Counted from the stretch's first letter, positions 40,677-54,680 are shown. The stretch is 64,000 nt of DNA from Octopus sinensis (GCF_006345805.1 NC_043008.1:74276001-74340000), one strand, 5' to 3'. Notes: generated by a model from the letters alone, not told the origin. Numbers and translations: made by a program.

Positions 40677-41029
40677 TTTCCCATATATGAAGCACAATTG
40701 TTTCCAGGCCCGTTGTGACAGCAAGGAGTTGCGTAAAAATGTAAAAAATCTAAACAACACGCGAAAATGCGATGTCCCTATAATAGACTGTGATTACAAG
40801 AATTCATCATATATGCATTCCCATTTCTACACATATACACACTACAATTTTTTGCCAACAAATCAATAAATGTAATGTTTATACAGTTCACACACAAACA
40901 CGCACAATCTTTGACACACGAACAAGACAAACATCGAACATCAATGTTCGTATGAGAGAAATAATAATAAACAAATATAAAAAACGCAACACGCATCATT
41001 TTAAACAGAGAAAAAAAAACAGATATGCT

Positions 41030-41470
41030 CGGTAATAAAACAATGAAAAAAAATCGAAGTGAATTTCTATCTCTGAGTCTCAGGCAATCCCGATACGAAA
41101 GAAGCCTTAGCACACGATCAGAGACGGTGTTCTGTCAAAAAGTTAACATTGCATAGATAGACGTATCTCTTAATGTCACTGACCAACCGGAAAACAAAAC
41201 CAAAAGAGACCGTTGGACAGATGAAGACTACACTGAAGTCCTATATGCATTCTACACTGCAAAACTATACCCGAAACACACAGGAATAATAAAAGAAATG
41301 CGGAGAAGAAACAAATGCAGGCATGGAGAAAAACCTCCCACAAAATACGCTTGCAAATGTTTAGCGATATATCTTGCGAGAAAGTAAAGTTCTCAAAACG
41401 GAAATAGACAAACCCAGAAAAAAGTAATACAAAAGAATATAAAACAAAACACCTAACGACTTAAGACAAT
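41030..41470 (+). mobile_element. R4/Dong-like ORF N-terminal remnant
   Basis: KRDRWTDEDYTEVLYAFYTA and NTLANVxRYIL...EID resemble the R4-clade N-terminal region. Confidence 0.45.
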
Positions 41471-43052
41471 GGGCTACAATCTAACAAACATAACCCATCA
41501 GACATTGTATTCTCGAAAAACCCTTAAGACCCCACAAAAAAAAGTAATACAGTAGAAGTAACTATGCATACGGCAAAGAAAAAGTTAAGCCAAAGTAAAA
41601 TCTTTACACAGCTACTCACACCAGGAATAAATACTACAGTACAGGTATTTACATGTCATTGCTCTGATGAATTAACTGGCCTAGTACTATCTCTCAAGAC
41701 TAAACATGTAGTTCGTTCTTCTTTCCTGACATCATATCTCTATAGAGCTTCCTGTTAGTCATAATGTCTTTAACCTTATAATTTCTTTCCTGCAACAACT
41801 CTGAACCTCGAACCCATCATGTTTTCCTCTGGTCAAAGATATTCATTCCTTTAAGCTTTTTGTCAACCGACATAGTTTGAATGTTTACTTCAACATCTTT
41901 TCTGTTCCTTATGCTATGGTCGCTTCAAACCTTTTATGGAAAATTCGTATAAAAGCTACTTAGTGAACCTTGCAAATATAGCATGACTGTACTTAGTTCC
42001 TTCCAGTGGAATGTAGATCTCTACCAGCGGTGTTCTACCAAATATAAATAGATCATACTGCGACTACGAAATTTCCATGCGAGAAACTCAGTATATTCAT
42101 CTTATGCCCCTCACCATTTGACTCCATCACCCTTTGGCACCCCAACTATTTGCTATCTTCACCTTTTGCCTCCAGCCGATATTCAAGAAATCAGTGAGAT
42201 ACTGAACGAAAGGAAGTAATCTGTCTCAGTAGTTTCAAATGTGTCAACGATACAAACTTCCTGGGGTGTAGTCAATGATCCAGTTTGAATGAAACAAGAA
42301 AAGAAAGAAAATATTAAAACACTATAATAAAAAAAAACTTTGAGAATGGCATACGTAATACTGAAGCGCATATGTGTATCATAGTAATCCAGTGTTGTAG
42401 TGAAAACTAACCATCTCATCTTGTTAATTTCAAATATCATTTACAGTGACTTCAATGCTTCACCGGTTGCGCTGCTTATTGAAGCTTAAAATTGTGGGAC
42501 CAGGGTTATATTGACGTAAAGTTCTATTCGATTGAAAGGGCACGGAGAAATTAGATTGAATGGGGTTAGAATTATTGAAGGTTGTAATAATAACTATATT
42601 TTATTAATTTAAGATTCGGTAGTGGATGAAGTATTATGATGTGGAAGAAGTGGTTGGAAGGAAAGTAGCAAGATTCTCAGAGAAGTAATAAACCAGCAAC
42701 TGATTAGGAGGTAGCTTCTATTAGCAATTTTTATCTTGACATAAAGACCACAGTGAAGACATCAACGTACGCAGCCACCCCTGAGCCTTCTCCAAAATCT
42801 ACACTGTTTAGCCTACAGGATTCTATATATGTTTGTGTTACTTTCTACAAGTGCGTGCGGATATTTATATACAGATATACGTATGAATACATGTTTCAAG
42901 AAAGTCATTGCATATAAATACATTGTCTTTACATAGTGTTCTCCTAAAACCTATATTCTGTAATGGATCACAACTCTTTTTTGTAAGCACATAAATGCAT
43001 CTACTTACACGTACACACACAAACACACACTCACACACACACACACACACAC

Positions 43053-43125
<73 letters not shown>

Positions 43126-43128
<3 letters not shown>

Positions 43129-43503
43129 GCATTCCGTCGGTTACGACGACAAGGGTTCCAGTTGATCCGATCAACGGAACAGCCTGCTCGTGAAATTAAC
43201 GTGCAAGTGGCTGAGCACTCCACAGACACGTGTAACCTTAACGTAGTTCTCGGGTAGATTGAGCGTGACTCAGAGTGTGACAAGGCTGGTTTTTTGAAAT
43301 ACAGGTAGAACAGAAACGGGAAAAAAAGAATGAGAGAAAGTCATGATGAAAGAGTACAGCAGGGTTCGCCAACGCCCCCTGCCGGTGCCGCGTGGAGCTT
43401 TAGGTGTTTTCACTCAATAAACACTCACAACGTCCGGTCTGGGAATCGAAACGGCGATTCTACGACCGCGAGTCCGCTGCCCTAACCACTGAGTCATTGC
43501 GCC
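43126..43503 (-). mobile_element. tRNA-derived SINE, family B, full length, with (TG)n tail
   Basis: Head GGCGCAATGACTCAGTGGTTAGGGCAGCGGACTCGCGGTCGTAGAATCGCCGTTTCGATTCCC contains A and B boxes. Confidence 0.88.
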
Positions 43504-45199
43504 TCTACACATACATACATACATACATACAGACATACATACATACACACATACATACATGCATGCATGCATGCATACATACATACATACATACATACAT
43601 ACATACATACATACATACATGTATACGTATGTATATATATAATAGATTAGTTATGCAGTAATGAACAGATTTCTGAAGTGGGGAGGTATGTAGTGCAAAG
43701 GGTATGTCTAGAAAGAAGAGAAGTGACGAGCATATTAATAATAGTTTCGAGAATATTCGAGAGACAAAATGGCAAATGTGCTAATTACCTATCGTTGCTG
43801 GTATTTTTTAATTTCTAATTTCTAATTTGTGTCTTTTCCAAGACATCACTCTGAGATATGTTATTGGATTCAGCGGGTGAACTCTATATCACATGGCGTA
43901 TTATAATCATACTTTTTGCACTATTTTCTATTTGTGTACGATGAGAAAAACAACTTTTTGTATGACTCCATGAATTGTTATTACTGGCGCTTATTAATTA
44001 GTAACTATTTGCTACGCAGAAACTTGTTGACTTAGTGGTTTCCATTCCATAGATGGGTAGGGAGAGGTATGTGTTTTTTATGTTGCAGCCTTTATTTTAG
44101 ACGAATACTATTTAATATTTATGAAGATCTGAGTCACTATAACTGATGTCGCTTAGATGCTCCATCAATACTCTGTATTCACTATGGGAGAACACTAGGC
44201 TGCTAAAATTGACAGAGTAATTCATAATTTCATAATTCATTTTGGTATTTAGTTACATTCCTTTTCCTTCTGTTCTTGAATCCCAACTTTATTAATTTAA
44301 AATTTTACCTTTCTGGTGCCAATAAAATGTTCTACCAATGAAATACTGTACTCTTCTACCACCGCCCCCGTCAAAAAGACGTATGTGGTGTTGTACAGCA
44401 GCAGCACGGAAACTCATTTTTCATATTCAGAAACATATGACGTCATGGCACAAACAAATACAGCTACTGAGGGAGCCTCTAAGTTGTTCCTAAGCCGACT
44501 AAAGAAAACAGTCAAATCTCTTTCCACATTTCAGGCCACTTTCTTAAATGAAGAAAAATTATAACGGATGATATTGTCCCTGGCCTCTAAATAAGTCGGA
44601 ATAGTGAAACTCAGTCACAGGTCAATCTGTAGATATAAAGTGACAACAAGACTGAAAGAAAATAAATTAAAACGATAAAAGAATAAAAGAATATAACTGT
44701 TTAATCAGCGTCAGCATAGGACAAAGTAACATCTCCTATGGAAGGCAAAAGTAATTGTTTTTCTCTAAACTATATTAAGAATACGAGATGGCAACTGTCA
44801 CAACATTTTTTAAAGACAAAGAAGAATATGAGTTTCATCGATAGTGGATAGGGGGGAATTGGTTGAACAACGAGAAAAAATGTGATGTGAAATCAATTTG
44901 GTTCTTTTCTGTCTGAGTTCAAATCCCGTCAAGTTAACTTGTCATGCCGAGTATGACAAATTTCCTCTAGGCACACGACTAGCCAGTAAATGATATTGAT
45001 AGGGTGGAAGTAGGTAAAAACGTCTATCTCAGAAGTCAACACTAGCTGATGTTTTTTTTTTATTCTTCCTATATACATATGTTGCGTTTTTAACAGCATA
45101 TCTATGAAACTATTTCCTTTCAGAGCAAAAAGAGCTCCATTCCTTCCACAGGCGTATATACACTAAATATGATTCATAGATACGTATGTATACATATAT

Positions 45200-45256
<57 letters not shown>

Positions 45257-45604
45257 TATATTTATATATATATATTTATATATATATATTTAACTTTTTT
45301 ATACTTTTTGGTTAGTTATAAAAAAAAATTATTTTAAAATTTAAAACTTAAAAATATAAAAAATTAAAATAATAATATAAATTTTACATTATATATTATA
45401 TTAATTATATTTATTTTTTTGTTTTTTATGTTTTGGTTTATGTCTCCCTGTTTGAGTTGCCTAACAGTGGTTTTATCTCCAATTTAATTTATATATATAT
45501 ATGTGTGTGTATGTGTGTGAATGTATATATATATATATATATATATGTACAAATACATATATATGTGAATATATATATATGCATATATATACATATACAT
45601 ACAT

Positions 45605-45649
<45 letters not shown>

Positions 45650-45849
45650 TATATGTATGTATGTAAGTATGTATTATGCATGCATGTATGTATGTACGTA
45701 TGTATATGTATGTATATTTATATAGTATACATATGTATTTGTATGTATATATTATATATATATGCATGTATATATGTTTATATATAAGTGCATGTATATA
45801 TATATATATATATAATATATATATATATTATATATATATATACTTTATT

Positions 45850-46085
45850 ATTTCCCCTTCTTCCTATCTCTCCTGTGTGACCCCTCTCTTCGGCATTCGC
45901 CATGATAGATCGCTAGCCACTAAACCTGTTTTATTTTGTATCCTTGTTTATTTCTATTTTCCTTTCTGTCGAAGAACGTAGGCTCCAAACGTAAAAGACT
46001 TTCTCACTTCCTGAGCGTTAAACTAATACATTTGTTTGTTGTTTACACACCCGTCATCGTCTTTTGTTTTTTGGAAATTCTCATT
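45850..46085 (+). mobile_element. Penelope pseudo-LTR-like fragment with a degenerate minimal hammerhead
   Basis: CUUU-CUGUCGA-aGAAC(guag)GCUC-cAAAC-GUA-AAAG at 45962-45997, within a discrete block between (TA)n tracts. Confidence 0.45.
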
Positions 46086-46096
46086 ATATATATATA

Positions 46097-47192
46097 CAGA
46101 CATGAAAGGAGTAAATAGAAAGCCTTATGATCATTAGAATTTATTTAAATCTGAAATTATACATTCAAATTATTGTTAGTTCTCATAATGCGAGCATTTA
46201 ATATTTAGTAGGCATGCTCTTTGCTTTTTTCAATGCAAGGGCCTATTAGGCATGTTACTGATCAGGTGGTGAATATTCTCTTGCGGAATTTCCTGCTAAG
46301 TTTCATGCAGTCATTTCAAAAGGTCTGGCTTTGAATATGCATTCTTGTTCTGTTTATGAAATGTCCTGTCCATTATGCCCCAGATGTTTTCTATAGGGTT
46401 CATATCTGGAGACTGGTTTGGCTGGGGAAGCTTTCTCATGCTATTTGTTTCCAACAAATCTTGGGTCATTTTAACCGTGTGACAAGGAATCCCATCTTCC
46501 GTAAATAGAGAGTCTTCTTTAATCATTTCACCCCTGGAGAAGTTTGGAAGGAGTCCTTTCAGCAATATGGACACAATTTATTTGAGTTTATTTTTCCCTC
46601 ACAATCCACCAGCTCTGATCAACCATGGCACCAAATTGTTCCCCAGTCCATCACAGAATAGCTGGTGTGTTTAATTGCTGGTTGCAATCTTTTCACATCA
46701 AATTTTTTATCACAGTCTCCAGACCCACACTCGACCACTGTTAAGAAATACAGGAAATCTGGACTCATCAGAGAATATGACAGTGTCCCAAAATTCTAAT
46801 GGCCTCTCAACTATCTCACTGGCCCAATCTTTTCTCCGCTTCGTGTTAGCTGGTGGTTTCTTTCTTCCTGCTCTGCCATAGTAGCCAAGTTTGTGGAGAT
46901 ACCTGGCAGCTGTTCTGGGACTGACATAAAATTGCTCTGCTATGTCAGAGGTCTTGCAACGAGGATTATCCTCCACACTTCTCTTAGCAAAGAGAAGAGT
47001 CCTGTTAGAGGGCTGTGGTTAATCTGGAGAAGGTGATGTGGACTCCTTCACCTCTCTGGTAAATTGCACAATCACTCCATTAACTGTAGAAAGCGGGATC
47101 CCAAGGTTTTCTGCGATTTTACGCTAAATATATCCACCTTCAGAATGACCCACAATGCGGCCTTTTTGAAATTCAGACTGTTCCAAGGTAAT
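46097..47192 (-). mobile_element. Tc1-family (DD34E) transposon remnant
   Basis: SEFQKGRIVG...[13 protein letters not shown] (HTH), WDTVIFSDESRF, EDGIPCH and PNQSPDMNPIENIW. Ends in TA|CAG at about 46095. Confidence 0.9.
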
Positions 47193-47887
47193 CCATTTCT
47201 TACGCTGCTTCATATTGATGAACATGCACCATTTTACGTCGCCAGTAACGATTCAATAAAGAAATCGTTGCTTGTGTCCATGAGTTGAGCGGTGACGAGC
47301 AAGCAAACCAGCGGAGATTGTTGCTCGTTGATTTTTGTTGCTGTCACTTAAAGCATGCGGAAACCATGCTCCATACTTCTGAACTGTTCCCATCGAGTGA
47401 AGATGCTTCTCTAAAGTAGTGTGAGAACATTATATTTTCTCTGCCGGTTACCTTGTCGTTTGACGAGAATTTTCGTCCAAAAGTTGGTTTAATCGCTCTT
47501 CATCGAACTCAACGGAACAGCCAGAACGAGGTGCGACTTTGAGATCAAAATTTCCATTTTTGAACTTGGCATACCAATCACGAGTGGTTCTTTTAGCTAT
47601 GGCACACTCTCCATACACAACACAAATGTCGCGAGCAGATTTTGCAGCATTAGAACCTGATTAAAATTGAAAAGAAGGAGGTGTCGAAAATGCTCGTTTT
47701 TCTTAACTTGACATTCCATTTTAATGATCTGAAAATAAGCAAAAATTAATCAAAATTAAATAGAAAAAAAACAAAATAGATTCGAAAATGATTCAAAAAT
47801 AGAATTCTCAATAAAAATAGATTCCAAAATTTAAAAACGCAATAAATTCCATAATAAAAAAGGTGGGAACTTAGTTGCCAACCCAAT
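47193..47887 (-). mobile_element. Mariner transposon, 5' half (mellifera-like TIR)
   Basis: TIR TTGGGTTGGCAACTAAGT; peptides MECQVKKNEHFRHLLLF, DWYAKFKNGNFDLK, PRSG and IVTGDVKWC. Confidence 0.88.
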
Positions 47888-47902
47888 ATATAATTATATT
47901 AA

Positions 47903-48569
47903 GGGAGTAAGGGCGAAAACGACCTATCTCCTGCATGCTAGAAGTGCCGATACCTTAAAAAAAAACTACTAAAATCTCCAGATAAATATACACATCATTG
48001 AAAGCGGGCTAATGAGGGAAAATAAATAAGACCTCACGTTAATTGGGAATTGATTCCAATTTCTGGATTAAAGCAAAAACTAAGCCTTCTTCTTTCATCA
48101 ACACAATACTCGGGGAAATATATGTCCAAATAATTGTACATACCGTCCAAATCATTAACGTGATTTTTCTTATGTTCTATTATGAATAAATGAATAAAAT
48201 AAAATAATTTAATCATTTTTACTCCTTACAGGAATAACATTTACTGCTTGACTAATATACACGTGGGCAGTCGTAAGAGGATTTAAATTTAGCTTACCTT
48301 CGATTTATACGTGCAAATATTTCTATGTAGACGTGGGACCTGCTTTGGGCGATAAGCTTTGAACATATATTTCCCCCGTGTATTTTGTTGTCGAAGGAAG
48401 AAGGCTTATTTTTTGCTCTAATCTAGAAATTGGAACCAATTCACAATTAACGTGAGCTCTTTTTAATTTTCTCTTACTTGCCCGCTTTCAGCTTTGAGTT
48501 TGTGGTAGTTTTTTGAAGGTATCGGCACTTCAAGAATGCTGGAGAGATGTCGCTCTCGCCCTTGCTCCC
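47903..48569. mobile_element. MITE with ~230-bp TIRs, TTAA|GGG...CCC|TTAA (Kolobok-like termini)
   Basis: GGGAGTAAGGGCGA...AAGTGCCGATACCTT...GGGGAAATATATGT is inverted at 48360-48569. Confidence 0.8.
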
Positions 48570-48646
48570 TTAATATAATTATATACATACGTACATTATT
48601 ATAAATTTAATGTATAAATTGCCTATACTTTTCTTAGCATACTGAC

Positions 48647-48736
<90 letters not shown>

Positions 48737-48746
48737 TATAATATAT

Positions 48747-48806
<60 letters not shown>

Positions 48807-50109
48807 ATATATATATACATATTCAGACTGCTTTAAGAAAGCTACGTTTTGAAATACGAAACTCATCAATATCTATAAGTCTGAAATGCGAAAAGATTGT
48901 TTGTTTGTCTGGTTTGGGCATTGGAACGGGTTAAAAGGGCACTAGATCCTGTCGGATTCGCTCCAAAATTTACAGGGACATGTAAAATGAGGTGAGGATG
49001 TGAGTGGGTTAGGTTAGAAATCCCTATCTCAAACATGTGGTTACTAGGGCAAAATCCCCACGCTTTGACAAGTTTTTCTCGCTACTCTCATTTTCTTATC
49101 AGCCTGTCTTCCTCCGTCTCTCTCTCATTCCTCCCTTCCCCTCACTTTCTCTCTATAACGACGTTTGACAGTGTCTACTATCTTTCCCTCGTGTGTTCTC
49201 TATATAAATATGCATATATAATGTATATATACAAAGTGTATATATCTATATTTATATATATATATGTGTGTGTGTGTGTCTGTGTGTATAATTTGTATAC
49301 ATTTGTATATATAATACGTACACACACACACATATATATATAATGCGTATATATAATGTGTGCATTATGTGGTCGGTTGAGCTGAAAATATGCACACCTA
49401 AGCTAAATGTGCTGGCGAGTTTGCATGGCAACTATTTTTTTCCTCAAATGAAAGGCGTGACCTCTAGGACAAAATTCCTCATCTTATAAAATGTGGCCGA
49501 GTAGACCTGAATGAAATCGGTTTATATTAACCAAAATGTTAAAAGGGGTCTAAATGGGGCTGGAAGGGGATTAAAATTTACAGGAGCGGGTGCTTAGGAA
49601 TCTTCTTTTACATCAAGTTCAAACTTCTACGCCAGCCGTTAAACTGCCACTACGTTGCTGTCCGTCGTTAAGAAATGCCAGCCATGGTGAGTCTACTATC
49701 CTCAGATTGTATCCCTTCAAACTTTGGTTTCCAATATTTTTAAATTCTAATTCAGCTCGCAAGTTCGTCTGTCCCTTTTAAATATTAGTGTTTTGCTATC
49801 TGCTTTGAAGCAGACCTTTCCGTTGTCACTACCTGATATTTATGATTGATCTTTCAAAATTACTTAAGATCTTTAGTTGTTTATAAATGGGAGAGAAATA
49901 GAGAAAGATAGAGAGTAAGAGAAAGTGAGGGTGAGTCCGAGAGAAAGGAAGAGTAAGCGAGTGGGAAAGTGAGAGAGAAAGGAGAGAGAAACAAAGAGGG
50001 AGAATGTGGTAATGAAAAACAGAAAGGAAGCAACAGAAAGAAACCACCAATATATTTTTAAAAATGCGGAAATTTTATTTATCAAAGTAAGTAACATTAC
50101 AATCAACAC

Positions 50110-50990
50110 ATTTTTGCCAACGAGTTACCAGTTTGTTTATTCCGGGAACATAAAAATCTGGAGTCCAGGAGCTGATAAACTCTTTGAACGCTCTTTCAGC
50201 ATCGGTTTGATTTTTGAACTCCTTCTCTCGCAGAAAACAATCAAAGTGCTTGAAAATTTGGTAGTCGATTGGAGGAGGTCTGGGGAATAAGCTAGGTGGG
50301 GAAGAACTTCGTAGCCAAGTCCCCTCAACGTCTGGAGCGTCATTAGTGAACCGTGTGGTCGAGCATTGTCATGAAGAATGATTGGCTCTCTTCTGATGAA
50401 CAATGTGAGACGGAAGAGTAGTAGTTTTTCGTTCATTTTGGAAATTTCATGGCAATATGTTTCTGCAGTAATGGTTTCTCCGGGTTTTAGAAAATTATAT
50501 TAGATATGTCCAGCAGTACACCACCAAACAGTCACCATAATCTTCTTTTTGAAGAGCTCAGGTTGAGGGAAGGTTTTCAGAGCTTCATTTTGGTCCATCC
50601 ACTGCGAAGAAGGTTTTTTTTTATTGTACAGAATCCACTTTTCATTGCAAGTTAAAATACGGTCGAGAAATGGATCGGTTTGGTTACGGAGAAGAAGCGA
50701 CGAGCAAATTTCCTATCTGCGCATTTTCTGATTTTCATTCAAATCGTGTGGTACCCATTTGTCGAGATTTTTGATTTTCCGATCGCATGCAAATGGTTGC
50801 AGGCAGTTTTCTAGCTAAGTTCTATTACCAGTTCTCGAGTGGTTTTACGTAGATCTTTCTCAGTGACGGTCTTTAATTGACCATCATTGATGATAGATGG
50901 GCGTTCATTACGCCCACTATTTTCAAGGCTCAGGTCTCCACTGCGAAATGGTTTAAACCATTTTCGAGCTGATCACTCACTGGTCATTTT
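50110..50990 (-). mobile_element. Mariner transposase remnant
   Basis: NEKWILYN, KKIMVTVWW, PIILHDNARPH and YEVLPHLAYSPDL. Confidence 0.9.
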
Positions 50991-50992
50991 AT

Positions 50993-51190
50993 TCCTTTAC
51001 ATGTATCAGTCATTTTGACTGCGGCCATGCTGGAGCACCGTCTTTAATCGAACAAATCGCCCCCAGGATTTATTCTTTGTAAGCCTAGTACCTTTTCTAT
51101 CAGTCGCTTTTGCCGAACCGCTAAGCTACGGGGACGTAAACACTCCAGCATCGGTTGTCAAACGAAAACACATAGACACAACACACATAC
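50993..51190 (-). mobile_element. Family A SINE, 3' half
   Basis: CAGTCATTTTGACTGCGGCCATGCTGGAGCACCG...GCCGAACCGCTAAG. Confidence 0.85.
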
Positions 51191-51244
51191 ATACATAATT
51201 ATATATATGTATATATATATATATGTGTGTATATATGTATATAT

Positions 51245-51292
<48 letters not shown>

Positions 51293-51387
51293 TATATATA
51301 TATATATACATATACACATATTTATATAAGATATATATATATATATATATATACATATACACATATTTATATAATATATATATATTT

Positions 51388-51781
51388 ACTCTTTTACTCT
51401 TTTACATGTTTCAGTCATTTGACTGCGGCCATGCTGGAGCACCGCCTTTAGTCGAGCAAATCGACCCCGGAACTTATTCTCTGTAAGCCCAGTACTTATT
51501 CTATCGGTCTCTTTTGCCGAACCGCTAAGTGACGGGTACGTAAACACACCAGCATCGGTTGTCAAGCAATGCTAGGGGGACAAACACAGACACACACATA
51601 TATATATATACACATATATACGACAGGCTTCTTTCAGTATCCGTCTACCAAATCCACTCACAAGGCATTGGTCGGCCCGGGGCTATAGCAGAAGACACTT
51701 GCCCAAGATGCCATGCAATGGGACTGAACCCGGAACCATGTGGTTGGTAAGCAAGCTACTTACCACACAGCCACTCCTGCG

Positions 51782-51783
<2 letters not shown>
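51388..51783 (-). mobile_element. Family A SINE, full length
   Basis: Nearly identical to 8435-8826. Confidence 0.92.
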
Positions 51784-51857
<74 letters not shown>

Positions 51858-51953
51858 ATATATTACATATATTTGTTATATATATATGCATATAAACATA
51901 TATATATAATGTATATATGCACACATATGTATATATATAATATATAAATGTAT

Positions 51954-52265
51954 GGCTCAGTGGTTAGAGCGTGAGTTTGTCAGCTCGAATCCCGGACCGG
52001 GCTGCGTGTTGTGTTCTTGAGCAAGACACTATATTTCACGTTGCTCCAATTCACTCAGCTGTAGAAATGAGTTGCGACTTCATAGGTGCCAAGCTGTATC
52101 GGTCGTTGCCTTTCCTTTGGATAACAATGTTGGCGTGTAGAGGGGAGGCCAGTATGCATGGGCGACTGCTGGTCTTCCATAAACAACCTTGCCTGGACTT
52201 CTGCTTGGGAGGGTAACTTTCTAGGTGCAATCCCATGGTCTATGTCGTGGCCGAAGGGGGTCTCA
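51954..52265 (+). mobile_element. tRNA-derived SINE, family D
   Basis: TGGCTCAGTGGTTAGAGC (A box), CGAATCCC (B box) and a TTGAGCAAGACACT...CACTCAGCTGTAGAAATG central domain. Confidence 0.75.
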
Positions 52266-52368
52266 GTATAAAACAGTCCCAATCACTGCTATAATCCATA
52301 ACGTGCCAATTTTAAGTCATTTAACACGTCACTACTTTCACACCAGCTACATTCATTCTTATTCTCCG

Positions 52369-52519
52369 TTCTTCTTCTTCTTCTTCTTCTTCTTCTTCTT
52401 CTTCTTCTTCTTCTTCTTCTTCTTCTTCTTCTTCTTCTTCTTCTTCTTCTTCTTCTTCTTCTTCTTCTTCTTCTTCTTCTTCTTCTTCTTCTTCTTCTTC
52501 TTCTTCTTCTTCTTCTTTC
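52369..52519. repeat. (TTC)n microsatellite, about 48 units
   Basis: Directly visible. Confidence 0.97.
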
Positions 52520-53001
52520 TAACCACTAATGCTTTTTAGAATAACACCTACGCAAATTCTATAAATAAAACATTCAAAAGAAATATTTTCATGAATTGTA
52601 CAGGGGCTGCTACCATCCACTGACCATTCAAAATACTACTATCATGGCACTCCCAAATTATTATTATTATTCTTCCCCTTCTCCTCCTCCTCTTCCTCCT
52701 TCTTCTTTCCTACCAAGAATTCACAACGACCTCGAACCCACAAGAGTAAACAAGACAGACACAGACAGGCAGCAACAAGGAAAATGCCACTTGTATTTGA
52801 ACACTATACAAATATTCTTTTAAAAAAACTTTTCTTTTAATTTTTTCTAAATTAAATTATTTAATTGTTACAGTTGAAAATGTCTCAATTACTGAAACCG
52901 GTACTGAAATGTTTTTATAAAATTATTTTAGCATTTTCTATCTTGACTTATTTTTCCATATGTATATATATGTATATATGTATATATATAATATATGTAA
53001 G

Positions 53002-53070
<69 letters not shown>

Positions 53071-53904
53071 CAGTATATAATATAAATATATATAGTAACA
53101 AACTGATGAGAGAAATCCTTCAAAGGGGTGTGTTAAACAACCAATTCACTAGTACTTCAGTTGGATACCATATAATATTGGTATAATTCAATAATAAAGA
53201 TAAATTAAATATAGAGATAGTCTATTGACATTCAATAATTTATTTACTTTACAATATTACATTAAATACTATGAATATAATATATAACATAATATTATGT
53301 AAATAATAAATGGTCTCTCATTTTGTAAATAATTATATAGATTAGTTAATCGGGAACATTGCTTGTTGCTTGTTTAGGTTGTATCGATGTTTTCTGTTGA
53401 TTCACTAAATTCTCTCTTCTATGGTGTGCGAATAATAATCATTTTTTTAAGTAACTTCAAATGTGTTTAGCTTTAAAAATTAGTAAATTCGATTTCCATT
53501 GTTATAGCCTAAAAATATTATAATTACGGAATTCTTCCTGTGATAGATTAAGTAAACAAAGAGAGAAATTTACATTAGGTCTCTATTCATATATACTACG
53601 TAATTATCCCTACGAGAAAATAATAAATATAGAAGATTATTAATAGTTAATTTAAACAATTAATTTTTTATAGCAACCAATTTAAATAGATAAAAGAGTT
53701 GTATTGAAGATATATTTGTTTAGATACATTTTTGTTGTAGTTACACGTAGAAGAAACTTAGATACTTAATTATATGCCTTTATATACACAACCATATTAT
53801 TATTGTATGTTGTGATGACAAGAGACTTGGACATACAAGGGTTCCAATTGGTATGTGTTTGAGATAAAATGAAGTGAATTTCGATGGTTGTGGATTGCAC
53901 TTAC

Positions 53905-54065
53905 ATGGCTGTATCGCCCGTTAAAATGTTTTTGTTGCTTTTTAATTGTAATTGATGCAAGATTGAATAATTAACGCTCATGCTTATAACACAGACATTT
54001 GAATTAATGTTTACAATCCAGCCGTCATTTCCAGACGGTATTTCGTCTTTCTTAAATGATTGACC
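53905..54065 (-). CDS. Possible internal exon of an unknown gene (GQSFKKDEIPSGNDGWIVNINSNVCV...LTGDTA)
   Basis: Acceptor CTTCAG| and donor CAT|GTAAGT. Only one frame is open across the 161 bp of non-repetitive sequence. Confidence 0.3.
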
Positions 54066-54324
54066 CTGAAGTGACTTATACATAATTGAACTGTGATTAT
54101 GTGTATCAGAAAAAAAAAAAAAAATTAGTCGAAACAATTTGTTGAACTTTTACTGTTTTTATAATTATCTATATAGTATTATATTATGTTATATATTATA
54201 TTCATAGTATATAATGTAATATTGTAATATAAATAAATTATTGAATGTCAATAGAATATCTCTATATTTAATTTATCTTTATTATATAATATAACATATA
54301 TATATAATTTGTATATAATATATA

Positions 54325-54680
54325 TGTGAGGTAAGTAGTTTGCTTACCAACCACATGGTTCCGGGTTCAGTCCAACTGCGGGCCAACCAAAGCCTTGTGA
54401 GCTTGGTTTGACGGCAACTGAAAAAAAGCCCGTCGTATATATACATATATATGTGTGTGTGTATGTGCATATTTGTGTGTGTGTGTTTGTTTGTGTTTGT
54501 CAACCACTATCGCTTGATGACCGATGTTGGTGTGTCTCCGTCCCCGTAACTTAGCGGCTCGGAAAATAGACCGATAGAATAAAACTAGACTTACAAAGAA
54601 TAAGTCCTGGAGTCAATTTGTTCCACTAAAGGCGGTGCTCGAACATGGCTGCAATCTAATGTCTGAAACAAATAAAAGAA
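54325..54680 (+). mobile_element. Family A SINE, older copy with an internal deletion
   Basis: GGTAAGTAGTTTGCTTACCAACCACATGGTTCCGGGTTCAGTCC...AAAGGCGGTGCTC. Confidence 0.85.

Noticed and set aside
43430-43503. tRNA-like sequences here and at 8015, 51954 and 54698
   Set aside because: They are SINE heads that continue into SINE bodies, with no complete cloverleaf or acceptor stem.
53100-53190. CTGATGA in an AT-rich pseudo-LTR-like block
   Set aside because: No GAAA box or convincing stems I and II.
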